In this document: piece after piece, positions 45,731-56,584 of the stretch
Numbering within the stretch: position 1 is the stretch's first letter
How the letters are laid out: every line of letters begins with the position of its first letter
Program-made: the position numbers and the translations under genes
NCBI GenBank assembly: GCA_000004985.1
Contig: GG738870.1
DNA length: 64,000 nucleotides
Origin: Naegleria gruberi
Taxonomy: Eukaryota
Direction: 5' to 3' (one strand)
The notes under the pieces: model-generated
The model's input: only the letters and a program-made list of their open reading frames with translations
What the model was told of the DNA's origin: nothing
The model's database searches: none

Positions 45731-46780
45731 ATGGCTGTAACAGGAAAACCATCAAGCAGCTCTTCACGGAGGACTAATAGTGCACCTAAACCAACATCAA
45801 TATTAAGCAGGAAGGATGTTGAAATTAATAGTAAATACAAAAGAGAACCAACTTTTGTAGATTTGTATCATCAACAAGGTATGTTTCTCCAAGTCCGAAA
45901 ATAAGATCTTATACTTTCTCAAATAGCAAGAGATGCAAAGCTCTACTATCATCAACACGGAAATAGAAATGTTCAGCTGGACTATACGCCCAATAATAGT
46001 TTTGTTGAAAAAAGGGAACCTCACTTTGTGGATTACACAAAAAAGGGACAATATTTCAATAGATTATCGACATTAATTAATGATCAACCATCCTCTTTAG
46101 ATTATACTCCAAATTATTCATATCTTCATGAACGAGTAAAGGGAGGTATAAATATGAGAAAGTCAACAGATAGAGAAACTCATTTTCATAATATTAATGA
46201 AGGGAAGAAACAACAAACAAAAGCAGTAGCATATGTAACACCAAAATCATCCTTAATAGACGATCAACAAAATAAGTTTGTTAAAAGATCTACAAATATT
46301 TATCAAGGAAAAGAATCTCATCCACCTGATTTTTTCAGAACTACCTCAAGAAAAGAAGAAAAGAAGCCAGACACTTCGAACACTAATTATACGCCGTCAT
46401 ATTCTTTAACAACAAGCAGAACAACCCACTATTACGATTTTGAAAAGACAACAGACAGAGAAAAAGCAAAGACATCATGGATACCTTCAAGGTCTCAATT
46501 GGGTAAACATTACGATGTTGCTTATGATGTTGTTGAAATACCTTCCAAAAACTATGTAAATATGAAACGATCAGCTGGTAGAACTGCTCCTAAAAAAGGA
46601 GTAACAGTGGATTTATCTTATACTCCTATTCACAAATTAACAGAGAAGAATTTGGGATGGTCAACTGATTTATTCTTATCTACTGGAAGGGCTGATGATG
46701 TAAAAGCGATAACACAGAGTGCAGATAACTTGGTAAGAAGAGTAAGAGGAGAATTAAGAAAATTTAATAATTCGGAATAA
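45731..46780 (+). CDS. Hypothetical protein with five [D/N/S]YTP motif repeats; 2 exons
   Basis: The ATG is at 45731, and exon 1 (45731..45878) ends at phase 1 on a GTATGT donor. A 48-nt intron with a TAG acceptor gives exon 2 (45927..46780). The motifs LDYTPNNSF, LDYTPNYSY, NYTPSYSL and LSYTPIHKL recur every 30-60 residues. The track's GTG 'M' at 46028 is internal. Confidence 0.5.
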
Positions 46781-46786
46781 ACTCAT

Positions 46787-49332
46787 TTAATTCTTTCGTT
46801 TATAGAAGTAGAGGTAGCCCATATCGAAAGGTGTGTTTTCACTTTGTAAAACTTTGCTATCATTAAACAAAACCCATCTCTTTTCACCATTTCCAACATC
46901 CTTCTTGAGATGGCAAACATAGTGACCACATGAAGTATTTGAACCCATATGACTAATGAAACCAACAAGTTCATACTTTCCACTTCCATCCAAATACTCT
47001 TCTTCTTTCTTTTCAGCTGGTTTTTCATTAGAAGCTTCATTAAGATAACTGTCCATATCATCCATATGACTGAAGAGCCATTCAGCAGCTCTTTCAATAT
47101 TGTTTTGAGTTTGCTTTAAAGCAACAACAGCATGAGTGGAAGGGAAACCAAGATTAGCTAGTGATTCAATGGCATCAGCAGAAGGAGCATTTCCTGATGA
47201 GCTCTTTTCTTGTTTAGCTTCAGGAAGTGGATTATCAATTTCAGGATCATCACAATGCTCAAATACCCATTCCATAGCCTCATTGACACCCTTATTGTTG
47301 GATTTCCAAGCACCTCTCTTAGCTCTATTTTCTGGAATTCCCATTTCTACCAAAGATTGAACGATTTGCATATCAACAAAAATGGATTCTGTCTTCTTTT
47401 CATCACTTGGAAGTTCTTGTTCATTTGGTTTAAGTCCAGTTCCTCTGAGATGAGTAATATCAATCTCTTCAGCATCAGTAATAAATACATCCAATTTCTT
47501 TGGAACCCATCCATCTAAAATAAACTTTCTTACTTGAACAGCCAAATATTGTGGGAAAGTTGCAAGACTAGTTTGTTTCAAGCCAATAGTATTTCTTCCA
47601 AGGGCAGAGCTATAGAAATGATCAACAGGTTCTGTCTCAGCAAAGGCTTCAATACACTTAGACATTGGAATCATTGGTCTAATTTGTTGTTTCTTTTCAG
47701 TACTTGTACTCAAAGGCTTGCTGTTTATATTCTCAGCCAATTTGAGTTCTTTTTCTATTCTTTCTCTTTCCTTCTCTTGTTTACAGAACTCTTCATATTC
47801 TGCCTTATTGGTTGCTTCAGAAAGTGGAACTGGGAGTGAAATCAAATTATCCTTTCTGTAAGTATATTTAACCTTAGATGTTTCTGAGCATTCAATTCTT
47901 TCTTCCACATTGTAATTGAAAATACTATTTACAGAGTCTGTACAGTTAATTCTCTTGTCTTCTCTTTCGATTAATTGGAGTAAGTGTTGGTAAAATTCTA
48001 CAGCATCTTGTTGTCTCATAGTGCTGAACTCTGGATGGCCCTTTCCAACAACATTCTTGAATGATCTTGGTGGAATACCTTCTTGGAATGAATCGACGTG
48101 CTCTTCTGACTTGGAATAATCTCCAGAAAGTAATCCATTAGCGAGTTTTGCCATTTGAAGAGAGAAAGTATCCAATGAACTAGATCCTGTATAACAAGAC
48201 AATTCCTTATCGTGATATCTTTCTTGAACTTCTGGGAATGAGAAAAGAGTTTGCATGACACTAGCCAAATAGCAAGAATTACCAATGTTCTTCAAACCAG
48301 TAAAACCTGGCCCATACATTGGTTGCAAATGCTTATCAGATTCTTGAATTCTAGTAAAATCAAAGTTCAAATTTTGGTCCAATTCCATTTCAGCCATAGT
48401 TTTAGTTGTTTTCTTCATTTCTCTGATATTAATTCCAAAATATTCCAAATGTTCAACAAGCTTGGAATCCTTAACCATCTTATCTTCAGCATATGAATAT
48501 ACGTCAGCCTTTGGTTCTCCGTTATCATCCAATTGAATAGTTCCCAATTTGACACAAACAGGGAATCCAGTCTTTTGATAATGTTCAACAGCATGATTAT
48601 TACCACCAGTACCATCCCAGAATTTTCTACCACATCCAATATGACCGTCAGAAAGATTCAACCAAAGATTATCTGTGATATCACACTCAGCACACTTCCA
48701 TCCATGAGCTGGGACTTTAATATTTCCAATTTGTTTAAGCTCCATAGTATGTTTAGATTCAGTTAACTCTTCACCTTCCCATTTGAGAACTTCTTGTTTA
48801 CGTTCTGCAGATTGGTTTTCCAAAATACCTTTAATTGAAAGTTTAACTTTCTCAGGTAAATCATTATTTGGTAATGGTATTACAACATTATTTGGTTCTA
48901 ATAATACAAGTGACAACAATTCATCATAAAGTTTTTCGTCATTTTCTTCCTCTTCTTTGATTTGGAATCCTCCTTCAACACCAATAGCCATTTTGGTTGG
49001 TTGATCTTCAGATTTTTCTTCAATAGGCTTTTCCTTCTTGATCTTTTTAATATTCAAGAATACAGTATTACCAGTTAATTGATGATGTCTTCTTGTGTAC
49101 TTTGGAGAGAAAGCCAAGAATGTATTCAAACAAACATTGATTCCTCCTTCCGATTTCTAATGATCAAACCAATAAAAGTTACTTTTATACACAAGTTTAA
49201 AAACAAATATACTTACTGGTGAATCAAAAGAAAGACAACATTCTTCCTTATGAATTGGAGTATGACTAGTTGGAATATTGATCCTGCTAAAATCAAACTT
49301 TAAAGAAGAAACATCAACGTGGGATTGAGACA
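46787..49332 (-). CDS. USP5: Ubiquitin carboxyl-terminal hydrolase 5/Ubp14 (isopeptidase T): ZnF-UBP, USP catalytic domain, two UBA domains; 2 exons
   Basis: Exon 1 (49216..49332) reads MSQSHVDVSS...KEECCLSFDSP and ends on a GTAAGT donor. A 60-nt intron with a TAG acceptor gives exon 2 (46787..49155). The protein is colinear with human USP5: the ZnF-UBP motif HGWKCAECDITDNLWLNLSDGHIGCGRKFWDGTGGNNHAVEHY, the Cys box GLKNIGNSCYLASVMQ, two UBA domains and the His box GHYVCHLKK. Confidence 0.9.
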
Positions 49333-49524
49333 TTTTTTTTGTTCTAAATTTAATTTTATGGTTCCTCTCACTTGTAATGATCAGTCTTTGTTATCCAGAT
49401 GTTCAATTGCTATTTGTAAGAAGTTCTTGTTTTTCGGGTTCAACATCACACAAGAAGGCTTTTTTTCATCATCACTTGCATCAAATATAAACATAAATAA
49501 ATTTTAATTAATTTTATTAAAAAA

Positions 49525-51618
49525 ATGAGTACACTTTATCAACAGGTACCAAAATATATTATTCAAGATGAATTGACGAATATTGTTCAGAAGAGAGAGG
49601 AAAAATATATTGGAGGGAAAATTGGGAACGATGTTATTCCAAGACACTTGACAATATGTAATCAATCTAGAGAATGTATTTATTTTTCTGAGCAATCGGA
49701 AACACTTTATTATATTGATGCTCGTCAATCAACTATGAAAAATATTAAACATGCTAAAATACAAAAGGTAATTAATTTGGAATGGGAATTTATTAATAAT
49801 AATTAAATAGATCCTAAAGACTGATTTGATTTTAAGAAATATTAAACAAATTAGTTATAATAGCAGTGGAAATAGATTATTAGTAATTAGTGACTTTGAT
49901 ATTAATGTTATTTCTATTCCAGAATATAAATCTGGTGATTCCGAATCGGTTAACACAACAATAGAATTTTCTCTTTCTTTATTAGAACACTCTAGTCAAA
50001 ATGTAAAAGTTTCTTGGCATCCACTCAGTAATGATCATATTGTTGCTCTTGATAGTGATTCAATTTTAAGAATTATTCAAGTTAGTTCTGGTAAAATTGA
50101 AGAAATACCTCTCTTAGAAAAGACAAAAGATTCTGTTGCATCATTTTCATTTGGATCTAAGAAATTATGGGAACGTTTTACCATTTACCTTACAACAACG
50201 ACACAAGCATTATTTGCTCTATGCCCAATTATTCCAAGTGGATGTGTTGTTTCGGAAAAATTCTTAGCTGATATTGTTAACAGTACCTATAGTTTTGAAA
50301 TGGAATCGGTCAAACATTTTTTTAGTGGAATTATTTCAAATGTATCTGATGATGAAGAGAATAGAGAAGTAACCTTAAAAACATCCACAAAGGAAAATCA
50401 TGCATTCAAAAACAGGATAATTCCAATCCACAATAAGAAAGTATCGAATTTAGATATAGCAGATATGATTACAATTAATCAAAATTCCAATTTACCATCA
50501 TGTCTAGTAACTGTAAACACAAGTGGAGTTATTCATCTTTTTGTAATTACTGACAATATTAGACCTGTATGGAAAAAAAAGTCATTCGATGTAAACGTAT
50601 CACCACAAGTTATTGAAGCTAGTTGTATACAAGAGGTTTTAACAGGAGATAAAATGAATAGCTCACTGCCTCCTTATTTAACTTTACATCCATTATCTAT
50701 TGAGACAGTTTATTGCGTTCATGAAAGAGGTGCTAATGAAATTACTTTCCCATTTATTTCTACTATGTTTACAGAAAAAATTGCTGCTATCCAATTTGAG
50801 AAAACCGTCTCTTGCCCTTTATTTATTTCTACTGAACTGTATGTACAATTTTATCATATTTCAACTTATTATTGTTTAGTGTTGAGCCTCCTAAAGCCTT
50901 TGATATTTTACACGACATTTTATATGGTACCACAATCTTCTATATTGAGAATAAGAACCAACGTGTGTTAATTTCCTCTGCAAATATTCCTGTTATATAT
51001 GACAATGAAGAAAGTTGTACTTCAGTCTATAATTCTGATTTCTCCAATGCACTTGATAATATTGTCAACAATCTTCACAAACCAGTCCAAATTAATAAGG
51101 GTTGGAATAAGCTTGAACTTCCATTTATTCAAATTTCTGAAAATACAGCTGTTGCTGACGAACTCATCAGCTTTACCCTCCAAAAGTTGAAAAAGATGGC
51201 AGAAACTCAGAATAGACATCAACAATCACTCGAAAAGTTGACTGTGATGGATACTCAAATGAGACAAACTCAGAATAATATCGATGACAAATGTAAGAAA
51301 TTATATGACAAACACAAAGAATTGCATGATAGAATCAAAAGAATCTATGAGCTTGTTTTCGTAAGAGAGCTCAATAAGGAAGAAAAACAATTTATCAAGG
51401 ATATTAGAGAAAAAGATAAGATTATCAGTGCTTACAAACAAAAGTTAGAAAACACTAGACAAGTTTTAGAAAATTATAAGGATAAACCAATCAATACCAA
51501 CCAAGAAAGCAATAACTACACTCCTGAAATAATGGAAAAGATTACCACTTATATGGATAAGACATCAAGGATAATTGAGGCTACAAGAGAAGAATTACTT
51601 TCAATAAAGCAAAAATAA
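49525..51618 (+). CDS. Nup88/Nup82-like nucleoporin (N-terminal beta-propeller, C-terminal coiled coil); 3 exons
   Basis: The exons are 49525..49767 (GTAATT donor), 49811..50838 (43-nt intron; GTATGT donor at phase 2) and 50880..51618 (41-nt intron). The propeller segment VSWHPLSNDHIVALDSDSILRIIQV parallels Nup88's [25 protein letters not shown], and the C-terminal roughly 170 residues are coiled coil, as in Nup88/Nup82. Confidence 0.6.
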
Positions 51619-51619
51619 G

Positions 51620-53491
51620 TTATTCATTTTTCTTTTGCAGAATTGTGTCACCTAAACGAACTTTTTGTCCTTTGTGAAGATTGAATTCTAAGCGATCTTC
51701 TTCATTGCTTTCAAAAATGAGGATAATGGTTGAACCAAGTTTGAAATAACCTAATTCTTCACCCTTCTCTATCGAAAGACCTCCTTGAACATAATTTCTT
51801 GACAAAACAACAACTTCTTCACCTTGTTCTGGATCCTTGATGTGCTCTTCCTTTGTCTTCTTATCTACAAGTTCAACCTTTTCAGTTTGAGTTGGTTGGG
51901 CTGGTTGAGATGGTTTGGTCTTCTTCTTTCTTGGTCTCTTTACATTGGTTCTCAAAGAATTATCAAAGTTTACAACACATGACCCCACATTCAAAGCACC
52001 AACAATAACATAATGCATGTTACCATAATCCCATTTACCATTAAGAACAACTCTTTCATTTTGTGTGTACAAATTAGGATACTTGTTCAAATAGAGAGGC
52101 ATGACAGGATAAAGTTTACCATAAATATGTTTTCTTGACTCTACAGTCATATCACAAGGGCTGTGGAATCTGTGATAATCACCAGGAGCCAAATATAATA
52201 CACAATAATGTAATTGTTTCTTTTGCTTTGTGTTTTGATTGTTGTTCGATACAGCAGCTTGATCATGTTCCGAATATTCTTCTCCAATAGTAATTTCTTC
52301 ATCTTGTTGTGGTTGATATCCATTACGCTTTGAAAATACAGAAAAGTGATTGTTAAATGTAATGTTTTGTGACTTTTCCTTTTGTAATAATTGTTGCATT
52401 GAATAAGTTACACCTTTAACTTGTGGAAGGTAAATATGTTCATAGGTTTCATCCAATTGGTCAAGTTCAACAGATAATGTACCAAATCTTGCAACTGTAC
52501 CATCGACAGGAGAAACCATTAGTGATCTTTGATATTCACGTTCAATATCATTCAAGTCAGCATTTTCATCGAGATGGATCTTTCTCAGAATCTTTCTCTT
52601 GTGTTGAACACTGAGTGAAGGTCTTGTTGTTGGTTTTAATTTTCTTGAGAAAAAGTCTTGAAGACTGGCATATTCTTCTAACGGCTTTTCAATCTCTTCC
52701 ATATTTACATTATAAAACCAACCATAGGCATTATATACCAATGGTCTAAGTATTTCTGGACGAAGTTCTGTGCTTCCGATATTACCCCAACATCTTGATA
52801 TAAAGTTTGTTGGAATAGCCTTTGATAATAATTGTAAAAAGGTTTGCTTTTCTGGTTGTTGGTGTAATTGTTTTTGTTCCTCCAAGTCTACTAAAAAGTC
52901 ATCATTGATATCGGTCATGTCAAGATAATTAAAGAAGGATCCTAGTATTAGTAGTATGGTGGATGTTGTTGCGGCACCCAACAAGAAATATTTGAAGAAT
53001 TTTTTTATGTAACCTTTTTTCTTCTTCTTTGGAGGTTCTTGGTTGTTCGATGAGTTATTATTACCACCCCTGTTATTGGTGCTGCTACTGGATGATGATT
53101 TTTCATCACCTGTTGTTGTTGTAGTGCTAGTAGTAGAAGTTGTAGAAGATGGATTGATTCCTGTGGAAGTATTGTTATTATTAGAGGTAGACATGACAGG
53201 AATTGAATGATGATATAATCTTTTAGAATTAATAGAAATCATCGGATTATTTAAATTCATAGATGACACTGAATGATTTAGACTTGTTGAAAAACATCTC
53301 CAACTTTGATTTAAATTACTAGTGTTATTATTAATAATAGAATTAGAAGCAGTAAAACCAGATGAAATGATATTACTACCAACAATATTGACAATAGGAT
53401 TACTCGAGGAATTTGATGAATTGATGAAGGAAGCCGAGTGCAAGCTCTTCTTGATAAGTTGAGCCTTCTTTAATGCAAAACACTGCTTCAT
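51620..53491 (-). CDS. Phosphatidylserine decarboxylase proenzyme with a long low-complexity N-terminal extension
   Basis: This is a single ORF with its ATG at 53491. The PSD core is present (YLAPGDYHRFHSPCDMTV, VVLNGKWDYGNMHYVIVGALNVGS) and the self-cleavage site GST lies in FKLGSTIILIFES. Its stop codon (51620-51622) is 1 nt from the stop of the convergent Nup88-like gene. Confidence 0.85.
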   Translation of the reverse strand: MKQCFALKKAQLIKKSLHSASFINSSNSSSNPIVNIVGSNIISSGFTASNSIINNNTSNLNQSWRCFSTSLNHSVSSMNLNNPMISINSKRLYHHSIPVMSTSNNNNTSTGINPSSTTSTTSTTTTTGDEKSSSSSSTNNRGGNNNSSNNQEPPKKKKKGYIKKFFKYFLLGAATTSTILLILGSFFNYLDMTDINDDFLVDLEEQKQLHQQPEKQTFLQLLSKAIPTNFISRCWGNIGSTELRPEILRPLVYNAYGWFYNVNMEEIEKPLEEYASLQDFFSRKLKPTTRPSLSVQHKRKILRKIHLDENADLNDIEREYQRSLMVSPVDGTVARFGTLSVELDQLDETYEHIYLPQVKGVTYSMQQLLQKEKSQNITFNNHFSVFSKRNGYQPQQDEEITIGEEYSEHDQAAVSNNNQNTKQKKQLHYCVLYLAPGDYHRFHSPCDMTVESRKHIYGKLYPVMPLYLNKYPNLYTQNERVVLNGKWDYGNMHYVIVGALNVGSCVVNFDNSLRTNVKRPRKKKTKPSQPAQPTQTEKVELVDKKTKEEHIKDPEQGEEVVVLSRNYVQGGLSIEKGEELGYFKLGSTIILIFESNEEDRLEFNLHKGQKVRLGDTILQKKNE

Positions 53492-53591
53492 TTTTTATGT
53501 CAACACTTTTCACAATGCCCACCAACACATTCAATCGATTGGATAACACATTGAAATAAGATTAAAAAAAATAATAAGGATAATAAATTAT

Positions 53592-54254
53592 TTAAAAGAA
53601 ATCATCCAAATCTTTAGATTCTTCAACTTCGTCACCACCATCTCCGAAAAAGTCATCATTATAGTTGCTATGGGCTTTCTTCTTATTATTACTGGAGAAG
53701 AGTGAATCATACGATTTGGCTTCAGCTTCCTTCTTTCTTCTTTCTAATTCTTCCTTTTCCTTCTTTGCTCTTTCTTTTGATTCACGTTTTTGCATTTCTC
53801 TGAAATTCTTGTCTCTTTGCATCTTTTCCTTTTCAAAATCTACTTGTTTTTCAACTTGAGTCTTGTTTAATCTGTTACAGATTTCCTTATTCTTTTGAAT
53901 GACAACGTGACGAACAGCCTTTCTGTCAAAGAATCCAACTTCACCAGTGTCCATGTCACCTGTTTTTTTAAGATTTGAAGCCATTGTATAAACTACTTTG
54001 ACTTGTGGTTCCTTTTTACCTTGAATTGAATTGTATTTTGTAAGTTGAGACAAGTCTTCAATAACTTCCTTCGGAATATCGTTGATTGTCTGTCCTGTAT
54101 GTAAACGTAAATAAACGTGAGCAGAACTGAATCCGTCAACGTGGAACCAGACATCTTCTGGGAATGAATACTTGATGAGATCTTCATTTTCAAACTTGTC
54201 TCTACCCATGTAAACTACATAGGAAGGATCAATACAGGTAAAGTAAAAGACCAT
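53592..54254 (-). CDS. CCDC25: CCDC25/Jlp2-family protein (NFACT-R_1/DUF814 domain plus charged coiled-coil tail)
   Basis: This is a single ORF with its ATG at 54254. The N-terminus MVFYFTCIDPSYVVYMGRDKFENEDLIKYSFPEDVWFHVDGFSSAHVYLRL is the conserved CCDC25 domain. Confidence 0.85.
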   Translation of the reverse strand: MVFYFTCIDPSYVVYMGRDKFENEDLIKYSFPEDVWFHVDGFSSAHVYLRLHTGQTINDIPKEVIEDLSQLTKYNSIQGKKEPQVKVVYTMASNLKKTGDMDTGEVGFFDRKAVRHVVIQKNKEICNRLNKTQVEKQVDFEKEKMQRDKNFREMQKRESKERAKKEKEELERRKKEAEAKSYDSLFSSNNKKKAHSNYNDDFFGDGGDEVEESKDLDDFF

Positions 54255-54302
54255 TTTTTTTTAAATTTCAAAATTTAATTAATTGATGAATTTAAATTTA
54301 GA

Positions 54303-55970
54303 TTAATGTTTATTTTCTAATTTTTGTTCCAAAGCTTGAATTCTTTCTAAACAAAATTCAATCAATTGGTCTTGTCTTTGAATGGTTTCTTCCAAGTTTT
54401 CAACTTTCTTATTTAAAATTTTGATAATTTCAGAGTTGACAGCTGTGGAATTCTCAACATTAATTGTTTGATCCAAATGTTTTCTTTCAATTGAGTGAAT
54501 AATATCTTCATCTTTAGCTAAATCTATTGGTGTTTTACCTTGAGCATTTTTCAATTGAATATTTGCACCAGCGTCAAGTAAAGCAGTTGTAATTTTCTTC
54601 TTGAAATCGAGTTCTTCATCTGTCGTTGCTGGTAGAACTGCAATATGAAGAGCAGAGTTGCCTTCTTTATCAACTGAGTTTACAAATTCAGGAAACATTT
54701 TGACAATGAAATAAACAACTGATTCTCTCATATTTTCCACAGCAACATGTAGAGGTTGTCTATTCTTATTATCAACATTCTTTTCATCAATATTAAGGGT
54801 AAACGGAGGATTTAACAACACTTTCAATAATTCTATCTGACCTCCAGCTGCAGCCCAATAAACACAAAATGATTTCTGAATATTAATTCCCTTTGATTGG
54901 AAAAAAGAAACCATTTCCAAGTCTCCCAGATATGATGCAAGCGCTATAACATTCATGTTAACCTTTCCAAATTTCTTATGTTTGAATTTTCTGTTCATAT
55001 CAGCATTCTTGTTGATTAAGAAAAGAATCATTTCCTTTTGCTTATTCATGACAGCCTCACATAATGGGGTCCAGTTCTGATAATGAGTGGAGAAAAAACA
55101 AGCATCAATGTAAGCTCCTTTTTGCAACAGATAATTTACAAGTACAGATGAACCGTGGCGAACAGCAAGGTGAAGGGAAGTCTTTATATTTGTTACTGAA
55201 ATCAAAGAAACCAAAATACTTACTTCATGTTCACTCAATGGTTGTAAAATATCCACACCTAACATGTTCAATAATTTTAGATAATCCAAATTACTATTAA
55301 TGGCACATTTTATGACACAATTAAGGATCGTTTCTTTAAATTCTTTTGCAACAATCCAAGCATCAAAATTATCTGCCTTCTCAATGGCATTAGCAACAAA
55401 GTATTCACTAATATAACTATCGTACAAAATATTAATACAATCATAAAGATTAGTGTGACAGACCATGTAGTGAAAAGGAGCTGTAATCATGTTATCGTTA
55501 ATGAACAATGAATAAAACATACTCAGTCCATTTGAATCTTTAAGCTTCAAAAACTCATCCAAAAATTTCAATTCTTTCATCTTCTCAAACACAAAGCTCC
55601 CGTTAGAAAAATCAAGGTCATTTGAACCTTTATGTTTGAAACCATATTGAATGGCCAAGTGAAGACAATTTCTATTCTCCAAACAAAGATGAGGTCCTTT
55701 TAATTGACTTGCATTGGAAGTTGTAAATAACAGTTTTAGTCTGGAAACGGAACCTTCTTTCAATGAAAACACAAACTCTTTCAATACATCCGATTCAAAA
55801 GTTTTTGATTTTATATCTTCCATTATGCTTGCATTCCTCTTTCTTCCTAATTCCTTTTCACTCTCGTCTTTGACATGAAGACCTTCATTCATCTTCATGA
55901 TTGTATTTTTCCTTAATACACTTTGCCTCCTTGAAGGAGAAATAGGAAGCTGAGGTAATGGCTTGCTCAT
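54303..55970 (-). CDS. Ankyrin-repeat protein with a C-terminal coiled coil
   Basis: This is a single ORF with its ATG at 55970. It has at least six ANK repeats (for example TSLHLAVRHGSSVLVNYLLQKGAYIDA and RQPLHVAVENMRESVVYFIV) and a helical tail. Confidence 0.75.
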   Translation of the reverse strand: MSKPLPQLPISPSRRQSVLRKNTIMKMNEGLHVKDESEKELGRKRNASIMEDIKSKTFESDVLKEFVFSLKEGSVSRLKLLFTTSNASQLKGPHLCLENRNCLHLAIQYGFKHKGSNDLDFSNGSFVFEKMKELKFLDEFLKLKDSNGLSMFYSLFINDNMITAPFHYMVCHTNLYDCINILYDSYISEYFVANAIEKADNFDAWIVAKEFKETILNCVIKCAINSNLDYLKLLNMLGVDILQPLSEHEVSILVSLISVTNIKTSLHLAVRHGSSVLVNYLLQKGAYIDACFFSTHYQNWTPLCEAVMNKQKEMILFLINKNADMNRKFKHKKFGKVNMNVIALASYLGDLEMVSFFQSKGINIQKSFCVYWAAAGGQIELLKVLLNPPFTLNIDEKNVDNKNRQPLHVAVENMRESVVYFIVKMFPEFVNSVDKEGNSALHIAVLPATTDEELDFKKKITTALLDAGANIQLKNAQGKTPIDLAKDEDIIHSIERKHLDQTINVENSTAVNSEIIKILNKKVENLEETIQRQDQLIEFCLERIQALEQKLENKH

Positions 55971-55987
55971 TTTTTTAATAAGACACT

Positions 55988-56164
55988 ATGCTACTGGGAT
56001 GTGTTATCATTACAGCAATATTAATAAAAATGAATAGAGGATGTATGGATGTTAACAGTTTAGTAGTTGGAGGAGTACAGGATGTAAAAGACAATGTGGT
56101 CGGAGGATTCCACACTTTGAATAAGGCTACATCAATTTTGAAGAGAACACTTATCACCTGTTGA
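55988..56164 (+). CDS. Stand-alone truncated paralog of the Gly/Val-rich 11-mer module (58 aa), possibly a pseudogene
   Basis: There is an ATG-initiated 58-codon ORF reading MLLGCVIITAILIKMNRGCMDVNSLVVGGVQDVKDNVVGGFHTLNKATSILKRTLITC*. About 85% of nucleotides match 60342..60545 of the Exo84-like gene's first exon, but it has one 33-bp repeat unit instead of three and ends at a TGA where the other copy continues. It is below the 60-aa track threshold. The minus ORF 55975..56172 is its antisense. Confidence 0.45.
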   Translation: MLLGCVIITAILIKMNRGCMDVNSLVVGGVQDVKDNVVGGFHTLNKATSILKRTLITC

Positions 56165-56584
56165 TCATTCAATCCTTTGAATATGTTTACTTTTCCATTG
56201 ACAGAATTTCACATTATTTGTAGATTTGAATTCAGCTTCTTCCTCCTGTTTTTCAGTTAGTAGTTTTACATTAATTTATAATTCATTCTTTGTATTTGTT
56301 TACACAAGAGAATAGTTAATAATAAGAATAGACAAAAGATTCTTGAATGTCCAAGTTTTTACAATGATAAAATGGCCAAACACAACCCTAACTACCGATA
56401 GAAATAAAAAATCAATCTCATTCATGACGGTTGAAATATGAGAATGACAGTTTACAATGATTTTGAAACTAAAATGATTGGATGATCATAGACTTATTGT
56501 ATTGACGTAGAGAATTCACAACCCATACAAACTCTTAAAAGTGTTTGGTCTAAGAGAAAGAAAGGTATTAAAAAAAACATAACA

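Noticed and set aside
55975-56172. The minus-strand ORF of 65 aa overlaps the GV-module paralog.
   Set aside because: It is antisense to the plus-strand ORF, and only the plus-strand ORF is homologous to the 60243..60644 exon. It has no start context or homology.
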